A stretch of DNA of 64,000 nt, from NCBI GenBank assembly GCA_001399795.1, contig LIHK01000023.1:6916-70915 (forward strand). Direction: 5' to 3'. The notes below the pieces were generated by a model. The model had not been told where the DNA came from, made no database searches, and saw only the letters and a list, made by a program, of their open reading frames with translations. This stretch comes from Candidatus Bathyarchaeota archaeon BA2 (GTDB lineage: Archaea > Thermoproteota > Bathyarchaeia > Bathyarchaeales > Bathyarchaeaceae). This document shows positions 1 to 8,948 of the stretch, piece after piece; position 1 is the stretch's first letter; every line of letters starts with the position of its first letter. A program made the translations under genes and the position numbers.

Positions 1-1
1 G

Positions 2-607
2 ATCACCAACGATTTCATTGAAGGGGTTAAGGATCAGATGCCGGAATTACCAGAAGCCCGAATACAACGTTTCATAACCACTTACAACATCCCGCAATAC
101 AACGCCGAAGTCTTGGTGAGCGACAAAGCACTGGCAGACTTTTTTGAAAGATGCGTCAAACTTTACAATAAACCAAAAGAAATTGGCAATTGGATGATGA
201 GTGATCTTTTACGCTATCTTTACGAAAACAACCTCGAGCTCCCGGAATCTAAAATCACTCCAGAGCACCTTGTTGAAATGATTAGGCTCATCGATGACGG
301 AGTTATAAGCGGAAAAATCGGCAAGAAAGTTCTTCCTGAAATCATATTGACTGGACGGCTTCCAATGCAAATTATTGAAGAAGAAGGTTTAGTAAAGGTA
401 ACTTCCCGTGAAACCCTTGAAAAGATTGTGGACAGAGTTTTTGCAGAGAACCCAAAGGCTGTCGAAGATGCTCTAACTGATGAAAAGACGGTTCACTTTC
501 TCGTGGGGCAACTAATGAAAGAAACAAAAGGAAAGGCTGATCCCCAGCTAGCCAACCAAATTATAAGGGAAAGACTGGAGATCATAAAAGCCAAGGGACG
601 CCCCTAA
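2..607 (+). CDS. gatB: Asp/Glu-tRNA amidotransferase subunit B, C-terminal part (5' end lies outside the window)
   Basis: The frame is open from nt 2 with no stop before 605-607. The sequence has a GatB/YqeY-type C-terminal helical domain (HFLVGQLMKETKGKADP). Confidence 0.85.
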   Translation: MTNDFIEGVKDQMPELPEARIQRFITTYNIPQYNAEVLVSDKALADFFERCVKLYNKPKEIGNWMMSDLLRYLYENNLELPESKITPEHLVEMIRLIDDGVISGKIGKKVLPEIILTGRLPMQIIEEEGLVKVTSRETLEKIVDRVFAENPKAVEDALTDEKTVHFLVGQLMKETKGKADPQLANQIIRERLEIIKAKGRP

Positions 608-1296
608 GTGGAAGCCCCAGCTTTTCTTTTTCCCTCTAGTAAGTATACAAAGAGAATAATGCCTGTCATGAAGAAAACTAGACCGAAAAGAAGTAGGAGA
701 AGCCTTGGCAACGCAAAATTTTGAAGAACGTAAAGCATGTATGTGGGTCCTCCAAACGTGAGGAAGGCTGCAAGAAACATCAGCAACGCCCTCACGCACC
801 TTTTCTGTACATCCTTCGGTGACAGAAGAAACGCCATAATTACTCCTTCAACCACAAAACCAATGGAGGCCGCCAAGACAAGAGGTTTATACCGAAGACT
901 TGAAATCATGCCTCTTGCAGAGGCGTTGGGATTCCGCAACCATGCGAGTGTCAACGCTGCGACCGCAACGCCGATGCCCATAACAATGAGAATCGGGGTT
1001 TTTCCAATTATTTCTCGTTTTCTTTTTTCTTTAGGCAACAAATAATATTGAGTCACAAGGGATAAACATCCAAAACCTATCAGCACCGAAAATATAACTG
1101 GATCAGACGTTACTCTGTCAAAAAGTTTTTTCCCCTCGAAATCTGCTTGATACCAATAGAAACTGGTTATGATTGCTGGTATGGCGACCGCCGCCATTAG
1201 AAAGATTTTCCACATTTGTAGGCGTGTGTCTTTGAAAATCGGGACACCGAACCTAGGCTTTTTGGAGACCTTCCTTTCCTTTCTCGCTTTCGCCAT
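604..1296 (-). CDS. polytopic membrane protein, function unknown
   Basis: 230-aa ORF with a basic N-terminus followed by about six hydrophobic segments. It is convergent with gatB. Confidence 0.6.
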   Translation of the reverse strand: MAKARKERKVSKKPRFGVPIFKDTRLQMWKIFLMAAVAIPAIITSFYWYQADFEGKKLFDRVTSDPVIFSVLIGFGCLSLVTQYYLLPKEKRKREIIGKTPILIVMGIGVAVAALTLAWLRNPNASARGMISSLRYKPLVLAASIGFVVEGVIMAFLLSPKDVQKRCVRALLMFLAAFLTFGGPTYMLYVLQNFALPRLLLLLFGLVFFMTGIILFVYLLEGKRKAGAST

Positions 1297-1360
1297 GTGT
1301 AATCCTCGTTTGTGAATGAATGCGTTATGTTTCTCTCTTAATGCTTTCCCTCAAACTTTC

Positions 1361-2008
1361 TCAGAAACCCGCTTCCACCTCTGCCCCAAGCGTCTTCATC
1401 AAGAACTTGAAAACAGAAAGAGCTGCTCCCCTATCTGCCTTGAAACCTGTTGTTGACCCTAGCAAGCATAAGCCTTCTAACCCGCGTTCTTTTGCGAGGC
1501 CCAAAAGGAGGCCTGTGGCTCCCATAATCCTTCCCTGCCTATAGAGTATGGCGCCTTTGTCAATGTTTTCAGAGGCGAGTTTCTCGGAGGTGGCGGCTAC
1601 GTAAATTTCTTCTCCTCTTGGTTGTGGCGTGGGCACACCGCCCATTGTAACGATGAACTTGCATCCGTATTTTTCTGCGAAGTCTAGGATTTGGTCGCAG
1701 ATTTGGTAGTGAGCTTTTACGTCTTCTAGGGAGGGTTGTGTGTCTCCGGTTAGGATGATGAACTGGTTTTTGTTGGTTGAAGATGCGTAGAACTTGTAGC
1801 AGGGTGGTCGGCATATTCCATTCTTATTCACGATTACGTAGTCTGGGAAGGAGGGAGAGTACAGCTCAGCGAAACATTTAGCTTTGGTATACTCGATTAG
1901 GAGTTGGGCGGCGATTTTTCCAACGTTTCCGAATCCTGGGAGCCCCTCTACGAAGACTGGATGTTCCAGTTTTGGGTGGAATAGGTGGCGAAACTGTGGT
2001 TTGTCCAT
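1361..2008 (-). CDS. PAC2-family proteasome assembly chaperone (PbaA/PbaB-like)
   Basis: 215 aa. The N-terminal FVEGLPGFGNVGKIAAQ motif and overall layout are typical of the archaeal PAC2/COG1938 family. Confidence 0.7.
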   Translation of the reverse strand: MDKPQFRHLFHPKLEHPVFVEGLPGFGNVGKIAAQLLIEYTKAKCFAELYSPSFPDYVIVNKNGICRPPCYKFYASSTNKNQFIILTGDTQPSLEDVKAHYQICDQILDFAEKYGCKFIVTMGGVPTPQPRGEEIYVAATSEKLASENIDKGAILYRQGRIMGATGLLLGLAKERGLEGLCLLGSTTGFKADRGAALSVFKFLMKTLGAEVEAGF

Positions 2009-2170
2009 GGAAACTTCCTAAACATAACTGGACGCGATGAAGTATAGGCTTTTCGCATAATCTTTGTGGAAGTGGATTTTGTTCTCTCTTTTGTGTGTTG
2101 AGGCTATATAGCGTCTCAATATTGTTTGTTGCGCAAACGGCACAAAACTTGTTTAAGATAGGGAGCTGAT

Positions 2171-2205
2171 TTGTCGGACAAAAAGAAAATTTTATTGTCA
2201 GACAA
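2171..2205. promoter_or_regulatory. two copies of the palindrome TTGTCNGACAA (candidate operator pair)
   Basis: TTGTCGGACAA at 2171-2181 and TTGTCAGACAA at 2195-2205, 24 bp centre to centre, in the 520-bp non-coding gap upstream of the PAC2 gene. CTATATAG palindromes lie nearby at about 2105 and 2249. Confidence 0.35.
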
Positions 2206-2526
2206 AACTGTTTAGTTATCTTCCTTTTTTTATATCTGTAGGTCGCCTCTATATAGCCCCCTCTATTTATAGTTCCAACATAGAAAACAGGACTTGCGGT
2301 GTATAAACTCGCTGTGTACACGCTCAATGCCTCGTCACAAGCCATTATGTGGACTTAGAGAAGGACTATCCAATAGATTATAGGCAGTACTTCAAGCGTG
2401 GTAGCCGAGAGGTGAGGGAGAACGACTTCAGAAGCAAGGTGGAGCAGTCTTGCTCGGAGTTCAGGGCGGGCGCTCTTCTGAGGGCGCCGACTACCCTGGC
2501 GATCAGATGAACTCTAGCTGTTGTAG

Positions 2527-2868
2527 GTGTTCCTTACGCTGAGCCAACTCCGAGAATACGTGCCCAAACCAAGTATTATGAGAGCTGTTTTCCCCGGTGA
2601 CGGGAGAGAGTATGGCTACGTTCTACCAGACTTGAAGAAGGCTTCACAGGCGGCTGGCAGACCTATACGAAGTCTAGAGGATAGAGGAGCCATAATCTTT
2701 CTGGATTACTGCTTCGCCACAAAATGTTGTCAGCGCTTCCTACCATTTTGGATTAGAAGAGGTATGAAGACACTTCCAGACGAAGAAGGTGCCATAGCAA
2801 AAGAACTCATCCTCTTCCACGCCCAAAAAACTAACCCTTCCACCAAAGTTTATTTTGAATCCAAATAA
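2527..2868 (+). CDS. hypothetical protein (weak)
   Basis: 113-aa ORF with no recognisable motif. It lies between a GC-rich structured segment and the R-M pair. Confidence 0.25.
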   Translation: MFLTLSQLREYVPKPSIMRAVFPGDGREYGYVLPDLKKASQAAGRPIRSLEDRGAIIFLDYCFATKCCQRFLPFWIRRGMKTLPDEEGAIAKELILFHAQKTNPSTKVYFESK

Positions 2869-2960
2869 ACTATTTAGCGGAAAGAGTTCAATGTTTTCTG
2901 TCAAGCTCCTTTCAATCCAAAAACTTCCTCTTAACAATGAGCAGAGGCATACTACCGTAG

Positions 2961-3479
2961 TTATTTAGGCAAGCTTGATTCCAGACTTGCGAGAAAATCA
3001 TTGTTCCAATTAAGTAAAATGTCCCAGTTGTTCTTTAAAACTTGCAGTTTTCCTACGGACCTTGACTTCCCCCATTTTTCAATGAACCGTGTGGGAATTA
3101 GATAGAGGTCAAATGTATTCTTGTCTACTCCGATTACCAAGTCGTTGTGCTCTGTTGTATATTTATACTCTTTTACTTTGGGAATGTATATTCTATTAAT
3201 CCCGCCTCTTGTTCCGCCAGTAAACTTGATGCTCCCGCCTTCCGAAATAGTTTTAGTTTGGACTCTGAGAGACACTTTTCGTCCATTGGGCTTCTCATAA
3301 GCAAGGAGCCATAAATCGTATGCAACTCCCTTGACTTGCATAACCCCTACATCAAATCCTAATCTAATTAATATCCCAGTAACAATGAATTGGTGAGCAT
3401 CACCTAAGAGAGCAGCAAATGCGCTAGGATGTTTCCCAGTAATATTAAGGTCGGTTATTTTCCTTTCCCGAGACAGCAT
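2961..3479 (-). CDS. putative type II restriction endonuclease (PD-(D/E)XK-like)
   Basis: 172 aa, co-oriented with and 26 nt downstream of the methyltransferase. AYDLWLL...LRVQTKT fits a D...(Q/E)xK nuclease core. The call rests mainly on context. Confidence 0.55.
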   Translation of the reverse strand: MLSRERKITDLNITGKHPSAFAALLGDAHQFIVTGILIRLGFDVGVMQVKGVAYDLWLLAYEKPNGRKVSLRVQTKTISEGGSIKFTGGTRGGINRIYIPKVKEYKYTTEHNDLVIGVDKNTFDLYLIPTRFIEKWGKSRSVGKLQVLKNNWDILLNWNNDFLASLESSLPK

Positions 3480-3505
3480 AAAAGAGGTTGTTGAATCTTT
3501 GGTTT

Positions 3506-5032
3506 TTAAGGTTTCCTCAGAATTACTAAGTTTTCCACCGGTGTTCTTCTGTCTTTAAGCTTCGTTGCTGGATTGATACGGTAGGAAAACATTCGGCGGG
3601 CTACTATAGTGTCTATTAGTGTACCCTCATGAACCCACCCCAACTCAACAAAATGTTCTGCAAAAATTCGGTCGATTGGAACAGGACGTCCCCTCATGCT
3701 TGCCCGACCTACAAAGAGGAATAGATAAGGGCTCACTTTTTCCTGTAAGCGGGTAAGTGCCCCAAGTACTCCCCAAAAATATCTGTCAAAGAGTTTTCGC
3801 ATATGGTTTTCTTCTATTTCGCCCCTCCAAGAAGAAAATGTTTCGGAATGCACGGGTTGTGGTTCCACATCCCTATAAGGAATTTCCAGCTTGCTCAGTT
3901 TTCTGACTTCATCCTCTGAGTGGCCCAACCAAAAAAGGTCCATTTTCGCTTGTCGGATATACTCGTGTGACTGTAAGTAAGGAGGAGAAGTGATGAGGAT
4001 ATCCTTTTCTTCTGTAAGGTTCATGCTTAAGGTATCGACCCCGCCCTTAACGATTGCCTCAGTTTGTTTAGGCGAAAGCATCCAATGGTCCTCTATCCTT
4101 TTTATGACCTTCTCCGTTTCTTGCTCTACCATTTTAAAGAATTTGGTCTTCCAATCGCAAGTCAACAGCAAATTAACTCGCTGTTCTGATTTTGGCGATT
4201 TAGAAAGCTTTTGCCTTTGCATGTCGTCATATGAGAAGTAACGTGTAGTTTTAACTAGAGGTATGGTTAGAAGGAGTTTAAGGTATTCATCATCCATAGA
4301 ATGGTAGAAGCCCCATACTCTATACAGAAGAGGTAGGAATTCTTGTGGAAACCAATAATAAAGTCTTGACCACTTTGGGACGAATTCTTCATTAGAAGTA
4401 GCCAATTGATGAAGAAGTTTCTTTACGTCTACTTTTTTTGGCTCCAATGTGGCAACACTATGCAACGTCTCTAGCAGTGGATTTAGGTCCCACAGTTCAT
4501 AATCATAGCCATAAATCCTTGATACAACACCAACCGTTCCACAACCAGCGAATGGGTCAAAGACCTTCATACAGGACTGGGCATAATTTTCTAAAACGTA
4601 AGCTATTACATGAGGAATAAACTTAGCAGGATATCTATAGAGACCAAACGTTGCATAAGTTGTGGAAGGAAGGTTTGCCAAATTGCGGAATAGAACTTTT
4701 CTCTCTTCTCCTAGCATTTTCTCTCTCGCGCCAAACAGACCTGTCTCACTTCTAGATTCGATTCTTAAAACAGCACTTTCCAATTTACTCGTAATTGGTT
4801 CAATTTGAAAACCTTGCTCACTCTTAACTAAGTGTACTTGATAACCAATAGGAAATTTTCCTTTCAAAAAAGGTGACCAGAGTCTCCCATATTTGTCAAG
4901 CCTTGCTGGATTGCCGTTCAGCGTAGTAACACATGGCAGAGGCGTATTGCCAATTAGTTCAGGTCTACTTTTTGTCGGGATACAAATAAATCCCTGAAGA
5001 ACCTCCATCTTTTTAAGAAACTTGCTTACCAT
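3506..5032 (-). CDS. DNA amino-methyltransferase (N4-cytosine or N6-adenine), alpha-type motif order
   Basis: SAM motif I (DPFAGCGTVG) lies about 190 aa upstream of catalytic motif IV (ILITSPPY). S-P-P-Y favours N4-cytosine. Confidence 0.85.
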   Translation of the reverse strand: MVSKFLKKMEVLQGFICIPTKSRPELIGNTPLPCVTTLNGNPARLDKYGRLWSPFLKGKFPIGYQVHLVKSEQGFQIEPITSKLESAVLRIESRSETGLFGAREKMLGEERKVLFRNLANLPSTTYATFGLYRYPAKFIPHVIAYVLENYAQSCMKVFDPFAGCGTVGVVSRIYGYDYELWDLNPLLETLHSVATLEPKKVDVKKLLHQLATSNEEFVPKWSRLYYWFPQEFLPLLYRVWGFYHSMDDEYLKLLLTIPLVKTTRYFSYDDMQRQKLSKSPKSEQRVNLLLTCDWKTKFFKMVEQETEKVIKRIEDHWMLSPKQTEAIVKGGVDTLSMNLTEEKDILITSPPYLQSHEYIRQAKMDLFWLGHSEDEVRKLSKLEIPYRDVEPQPVHSETFSSWRGEIEENHMRKLFDRYFWGVLGALTRLQEKVSPYLFLFVGRASMRGRPVPIDRIFAEHFVELGWVHEGTLIDTIVARRMFSYRINPATKLKDRRTPVENLVILRKP

Positions 5033-5221
5033 CTACGCCCTCTTCTCTAGTATTGTCTCCCTTTTAGTAAGTTTTTCTATATTTAAATTATTTATATTCG
5101 CAACATTTCCAAGCGCATTTCTGGTCACCGCTGCTTTTCTGTTAACTCGTATTAGCTGTCATTCACACAAAAAGATTTAAGAAACCGATGTCTCAGAATT
5201 GAAGGTGGCGGGGTAAACCGT

Positions 5222-5386
5222 AGCGAGAGAATTTATGCTCTCCTATATGGGTGGGGTAGCCAGGTGAACCCGCTGGGCTCATAAGCTTAGGCTGAGAGAC
5301 CCAGAGATAGCAGTCGCATTAGGCTGCCTCTAACGGTAGTTCAAAAGAAGGCGGAAAACCTTCTGAAACTCTACCCCCCGCTACCA
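5222..5386 (+). tRNA. initiator-type tRNA-Met (CAU) with four BHB introns and an encoded CCA
   Basis: Exons 5222-5225, 5249-5283, 5299-5308, 5334-5345 and 5370-5386 join to AGCGGGGTGGGGTAGCCAGGTGAACCCGCTGGGCTCATAACCCAGAGATCGGTAGTTCAAATCTACCCCCCGCTACCA, a perfect cloverleaf. Each intron folds as 3-nt bulge / 4-bp helix / 3-nt bulge. A1:U72 and G29-31:C39-41 are present. Confidence 0.85.
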
Positions 5387-5523
5387 TGTCATTTGCTTCT
5401 TTTTGGGCCTCTTCAACGAGGGAAATAACGATCATAACCTTTTTTGTCTTCATGAGATATTTCGGTTTTCCAGTTGACGGCAAGAACAACCGAGTGGTTT
5501 TAAGAAAAACTTTGGGATTCACG

Positions 5524-5736
5524 TTACTTTAAATTGGAATCGGAATCAGAATTATAGCTAGATTCCTCCTCTTCAAACTTTATCCTGTGAACATACCAAC
5601 AGTAATGATGCCTAACAGAGTCCTTGACAAAATCCGCAATACTGGCATAACCACACTCAGGATGCTCCCTAATCAACCGCTCCACAACTTCCAGCATTTT
5701 GGAAGGCAACTTCACAGTTCTGTACCGTCTATCCAT
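5524..5736 (-). CDS. ribbon-helix-helix (CopG-like) DNA-binding protein
   Basis: From the internal ATG at 5736 the protein reads MDRRYRTVKLPSKMLEVVERLIRE...GYASIADFVKDSVRHH, a beta-strand followed by two helices. The long form starting at 5790 is unlikely. Confidence 0.6.
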   Translation of the reverse strand: MDRRYRTVKLPSKMLEVVERLIREHPECGYASIADFVKDSVRHHYCWYVHRIKFEEEESSYNSDSDSNLK

Positions 5737-5860
5737 TGCGCTCCACAACCATGAGGATAAGCATGAGATAGAAGGTACGAAACATTTCAAATTTATGAGT
5801 AATCCATGACTCAGAATCCGAAGACGCCGACAGAAAGCTCGCGAAGCCTTAGTCTTTCAG

Positions 5861-6220
5861 TTAGCATGTTATATGGATTATTGCTCCCACACTTTCTCCT
5901 TCATCAACCAACTTGTTATACCTTTTTATCGCTTCGTAAGACGACAACTTAACGAGTTTTATTTCCTTCTGTTTCGCGAAGCTTTCGGCTTCAGTTGACA
6001 AACTTGCCAGATCGCTGGTTCTTGTGCCTATAACTATGATTTTGGCCCCGTCCTTGTAGAGTTTCTCCAATTCTTCTTTGCTGAAGGAGTGGCTTCCAAA
6101 CTTGTCGCGTTCGTTTGTTCTCGGCTTTAACTTTCCTTTTGGAGTTACAATTACGTCGTAATCGTATTCCTTTCCGTCAACCGTGATGGTGCCCCATTCT
6201 ATCGAATCAAAACGCGCCAT
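5861..6220 (-). CDS. Mth938-like domain protein (DUF498 family)
   Basis: 119 aa with WGTITVDGKEYDYDVIV at the N-terminus and HITC at the C-terminus, characteristic of the Mth938 family. Confidence 0.75.
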   Translation of the reverse strand: MARFDSIEWGTITVDGKEYDYDVIVTPKGKLKPRTNERDKFGSHSFSKEELEKLYKDGAKIIVIGTRTSDLASLSTEAESFAKQKEIKLVKLSSYEAIKRYNKLVDEGESVGAIIHITC

Positions 6221-6452
6221 ATGGCCACACCTCAGTCTCTTAGGTTGAAGACAATGTTATTTAGGGTTTTTCTTGCGAGAGTACAGCGTTAAACCAGAAT
6301 TTGCCTTTTGAACCGGAACACCTCAACTGCGCATGGACTAAATTCAATCATGTAATTAAAGGAAAGTTTGTTTTCCAGCCGACGTCTCCAAAAAGTTTGG
6401 AATCGGAGTTTAGCGTACGCGGGATAAAAAATAGGGAAATAATACGAAATTT

Positions 6453-7040
6453 TTAGGGTTTAATTTTGGTTCCAAGGATTTCAAGAAATTTCTTCATCCA
6501 TTCTGGGTGACCGGGCCATGCCGCTGCCGTAACGAGATTTCCATCTACACATGCGCTTGTGAAAGTCTCATTCGGCTGGGCCCACTCAGCCTCTGCACTA
6601 ATGATGTCTGGCTTAACTGCGGGGTAAGCCATACACTTCTTTCCTTTCAGCACGTTGGCCGCTGCAAGAACTTGAGGACCATGACAGATTGCGGCTATTG
6701 GTTTCTTTCTTTCAGCGAAATGCCTAACGATTTCAAGAACTCTTTCGTTCAGCCTAATATATTCTGGTGCCCTACCTCCTGGTATCACCAATCCATCGTA
6801 ATCTTCAGGATCAATTTTTTCAAAATCAATTGTGATCGCGAAGTTGTGACCTACCTTTTCGCTGTACGTCTGCTCACCTGTAAAGTCATGCACGGCTGTT
6901 TTGACGGAATCCCCAAGTTTCTTGCCAGGGCATGCCGCGTCGACCTCGTGCCCAACCATCTTCAGCATCTGATAAGGAACCATCGCCTCATAATCTTCGA
7001 CGAAATCCCCAACTAAGACCAAAATCTTCTTAGTTGACAC
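6453..7040 (-). CDS. DJ-1/PfpI family protein (intracellular protease/glyoxalase type)
   Basis: 195 aa. The nucleophile elbow AAICHGPQVL is followed by a conserved His region. Confidence 0.85.
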   Translation of the reverse strand: MSTKKILVLVGDFVEDYEAMVPYQMLKMVGHEVDAACPGKKLGDSVKTAVHDFTGEQTYSEKVGHNFAITIDFEKIDPEDYDGLVIPGGRAPEYIRLNERVLEIVRHFAERKKPIAAICHGPQVLAAANVLKGKKCMAYPAVKPDIISAEAEWAQPNETFTSACVDGNLVTAAAWPGHPEWMKKFLEILGTKIKP

Positions 7041-7208
7041 GTCCCCTCACCTACCTCTTTTTTTCTTTATTTTTCTTTATTTTTATTTATTTAATTTTTT
7101 CATTTTTGGTCTAGCGCGCGAAGAGTTTTTATATGGAACTTTGTTTCGGATACGATTATGTCTAATCAAAGTCTTATATACTAACCGCAATCATATTTTG
7201 GAAATTGA

Positions 7209-7415
7209 ATGGGAGGAAAGTGTATGACCGAAGTGGTGGAGAAGGAACTAAGAAAAATGGGAATAACTGTTTCAAAGCCTGTCTTAGCAATAATATGCAT
7301 CGTATTCGGGACGCTCGTCATAGTGTTTAAAGACCTTCTACAATGGATAGTTGGACTATTCCTAATAATCCAAGGAGTACTGGTGTTAACGGACTATCTC
7401 GAACTGAGAAAATAA
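7209..7415 (+). CDS. small two-TM membrane protein
   Basis: 68 aa with two hydrophobic helices, preceded by a T-rich region and a TTTTTATATGG TATA-like box. Confidence 0.5.
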   Translation: MGGKCMTEVVEKELRKMGITVSKPVLAIICIVFGTLVIVFKDLLQWIVGLFLIIQGVLVLTDYLELRK

Positions 7416-7446
7416 CCAGAACTAAACTTTGCCTGCTCCTCAGCAA

Positions 7447-8130
7447 CTATTTTGTAAACTTCGTCTTTACTTGGTGACGATGTTCCAACTCCTCGAAGAT
7501 TCCTCTGAGCTTAAAGCCTTTCTGAGCGAAAAGCACTAGAACGTGGAAGAGTATGTCTGCGGCTTCATGTACAATCTCTTTAGGACGGTTATCTTTTGTT
7601 GCAAGAATGAGTTCAACCGTTTCCTCATCTATCTTCTGAAGAACAGCGTCTTCTCCCTTCGCAGTTAACTTGGAAACATAAGATTTCTCAGTAGGATTTC
7701 TGATTCTATCCATTATAACCTCGAAGATTCTTTCAACAATCTTCGCGTCAACCGCACGTTTCTCTTCGGCAATTACTGGCTTGTAAAAGCACGTTTCTTG
7801 GCCGGTGTGGCAAACGGCTCCAATCTGTTGAACCTTAAAGAGAATTGCATCATTGTCGCAGTCTATAATCGCGTTCTGCAGCAGAGAGTGGTGCCCAGAC
7901 TCCTCGCCCTTAAGCCATATCCTCCCGCGGCTTCGACTCCAATAGTGCATTTTACCGCTTTTCAAAGTCAACCGTAGGGCTTCCTCATTCATGAAGGCTT
8001 GCATCAAAACCTTGTCATTTGAAGCGTCTTGAACGACCACTGGAACAAGCCCATCAGCCTTTTCAAAGTCCACTTTCTTGACGAAATCTTCAACTTCTGT
8101 TTCACTTAACTGCAAGACCAAGTTTTCCAC
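7447..8130 (-). CDS. hisIE: bifunctional phosphoribosyl-AMP cyclohydrolase / phosphoribosyl-ATP pyrophosphatase
   Basis: The HisI core (YWSRSRGRIWLKGEESGH...CDNDAILFKV...CHTG) is fused to a HisE helical C-terminus (EAADILFHVLVL). Confidence 0.9.
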   Translation of the reverse strand: MENLVLQLSETEVEDFVKKVDFEKADGLVPVVVQDASNDKVLMQAFMNEEALRLTLKSGKMHYWSRSRGRIWLKGEESGHHSLLQNAIIDCDNDAILFKVQQIGAVCHTGQETCFYKPVIAEEKRAVDAKIVERIFEVIMDRIRNPTEKSYVSKLTAKGEDAVLQKIDEETVELILATKDNRPKEIVHEAADILFHVLVLFAQKGFKLRGIFEELEHRHQVKTKFTK

Positions 8131-8138
8131 CTCCCTGA

Positions 8139-8948
8139 CTAGACGAGACGTACAGGCACTCCTCTTTGGGCAAGATACTCCTTAACCTCCATAACCGAGC
8201 ATTGGGACCGGTGGAAGATGGAGGCAGCTAGGGCAGCGTCAGCTTTGCCAGCAGTTAAAACCTCGTAAATGTGCTCAAGGTTTCCAGCGCCTCCGCTCGC
8301 AATTACCGGCAAATTTGTTGCTTCGCTTATGGATTTTGTCAATGGAATGTCGTAGCCATCCTGAGTTCCGTCATAGTCCATGCTGGTTGGCAGAAGTTCT
8401 CCGGCGCCCAGTTCTTTCACGGCCTTAGCCCAAGATATGGCGTCCATTCCGGTGGGTACTCTTCCCCCCTCAACGTAGACTTCAAACCAACACTTCCCCT
8501 CGGCAGTATCCACAACCGTCTTGTCTGGAACGGCTTTTTCCACGTAAACCCTCTTAGCGTCGATGGCAACCACGATGCATTGGCTGCCAAAAATTTCAGC
8601 CGCCTTCTTTACGAGTTCGGGTTCCCTCACAGCCGCGGTGTTTACGGAAACTTTGTCTGCGCCAGCTGAAAGCACATTTTTGATGTCAGCGATACTTCTG
8701 ATGCCTCCGCCCACGGTGAAGGGAATAGACACCACATCTGCGGTTCTTTTCACAACATCCAGCAGGGTGCCCCTTTTCTCGTAGGAGGCTGTTATGTCGA
8801 GGAAAACCAGCTCATCTGCTCCTTGCTCCTCGTAAATCGCTGCAAGCTTTGCTGGGTCTCCTTCAATTTTCAAATTTACGAACTGCACGCCCTTGACAAC
8901 TTTTCCATCCTTGACGTCTAGACAGGGAATTATTCTTTTAGCCAACAC
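8139..8948 (-). CDS. hisF: imidazole glycerol phosphate synthase, cyclase subunit
   Basis: [20 protein letters not shown]...VFLDI...GGGI...ASGGAG is a full-length HisF barrel. Confidence 0.95.
   Translation of the reverse strand: MLAKRIIPCLDVKDGKVVKGVQFVNLKIEGDPAKLAAIYEEQGADELVFLDITASYEKRGTLLDVVKRTADVVSIPFTVGGGIRSIADIKNVLSAGADKVSVNTAAVREPELVKKAAEIFGSQCIVVAIDAKRVYVEKAVPDKTVVDTAEGKCWFEVYVEGGRVPTGMDAISWAKAVKELGAGELLPTSMDYDGTQDGYDIPLTKSISEATNLPVIASGGAGNLEHIYEVLTAGKADAALAASIFHRSQCSVMEVKEYLAQRGVPVRLV

Noticed and set aside
2395-2545. A second multi-intron tRNA, SRP RNA or RNase P RNA in the GC-rich segment.
   Set aside because: I tested both strands for acceptor/T-arm pairs and for BHB motifs around every TTCA/TGAA and every hairpin, and none closes into a cloverleaf. 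No GAGGAAAGUCC-type (RNase P) or GGAA...AGCA helix-8 (SRP) signature is present. It is kept only as an unidentified structured element.
5207-5213. GGCGGGG as the 5' acceptor strand of the tRNA, which would give a G1-U72 pair and a 38-nt first intron.
   Set aside because: No bulge-helix-bulge can be drawn for that junction. Using AGCG at 5222-5225 gives a canonical BHB, an A1:U72 pair and the same mature body, so the upstream GGCGGGG is treated as leader sequence.
5319-5522. 67-aa minus-strand ORF from the track.
   Set aside because: It overlaps the 3' exons and introns of the tRNA-Met gene and has no motif. It is judged a chance ORF.
7041-7110. T-rich repetitive stretch (TTTTTCTTTATTTTTCTTTATTTTTATTTATTTAATTTTTT) as a possible repeat element or array.
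   Set aside because: It is short, imperfect low-complexity promoter-region DNA with no spacer structure. No CRISPR-like repeat/spacer periodicity was seen anywhere in the window.
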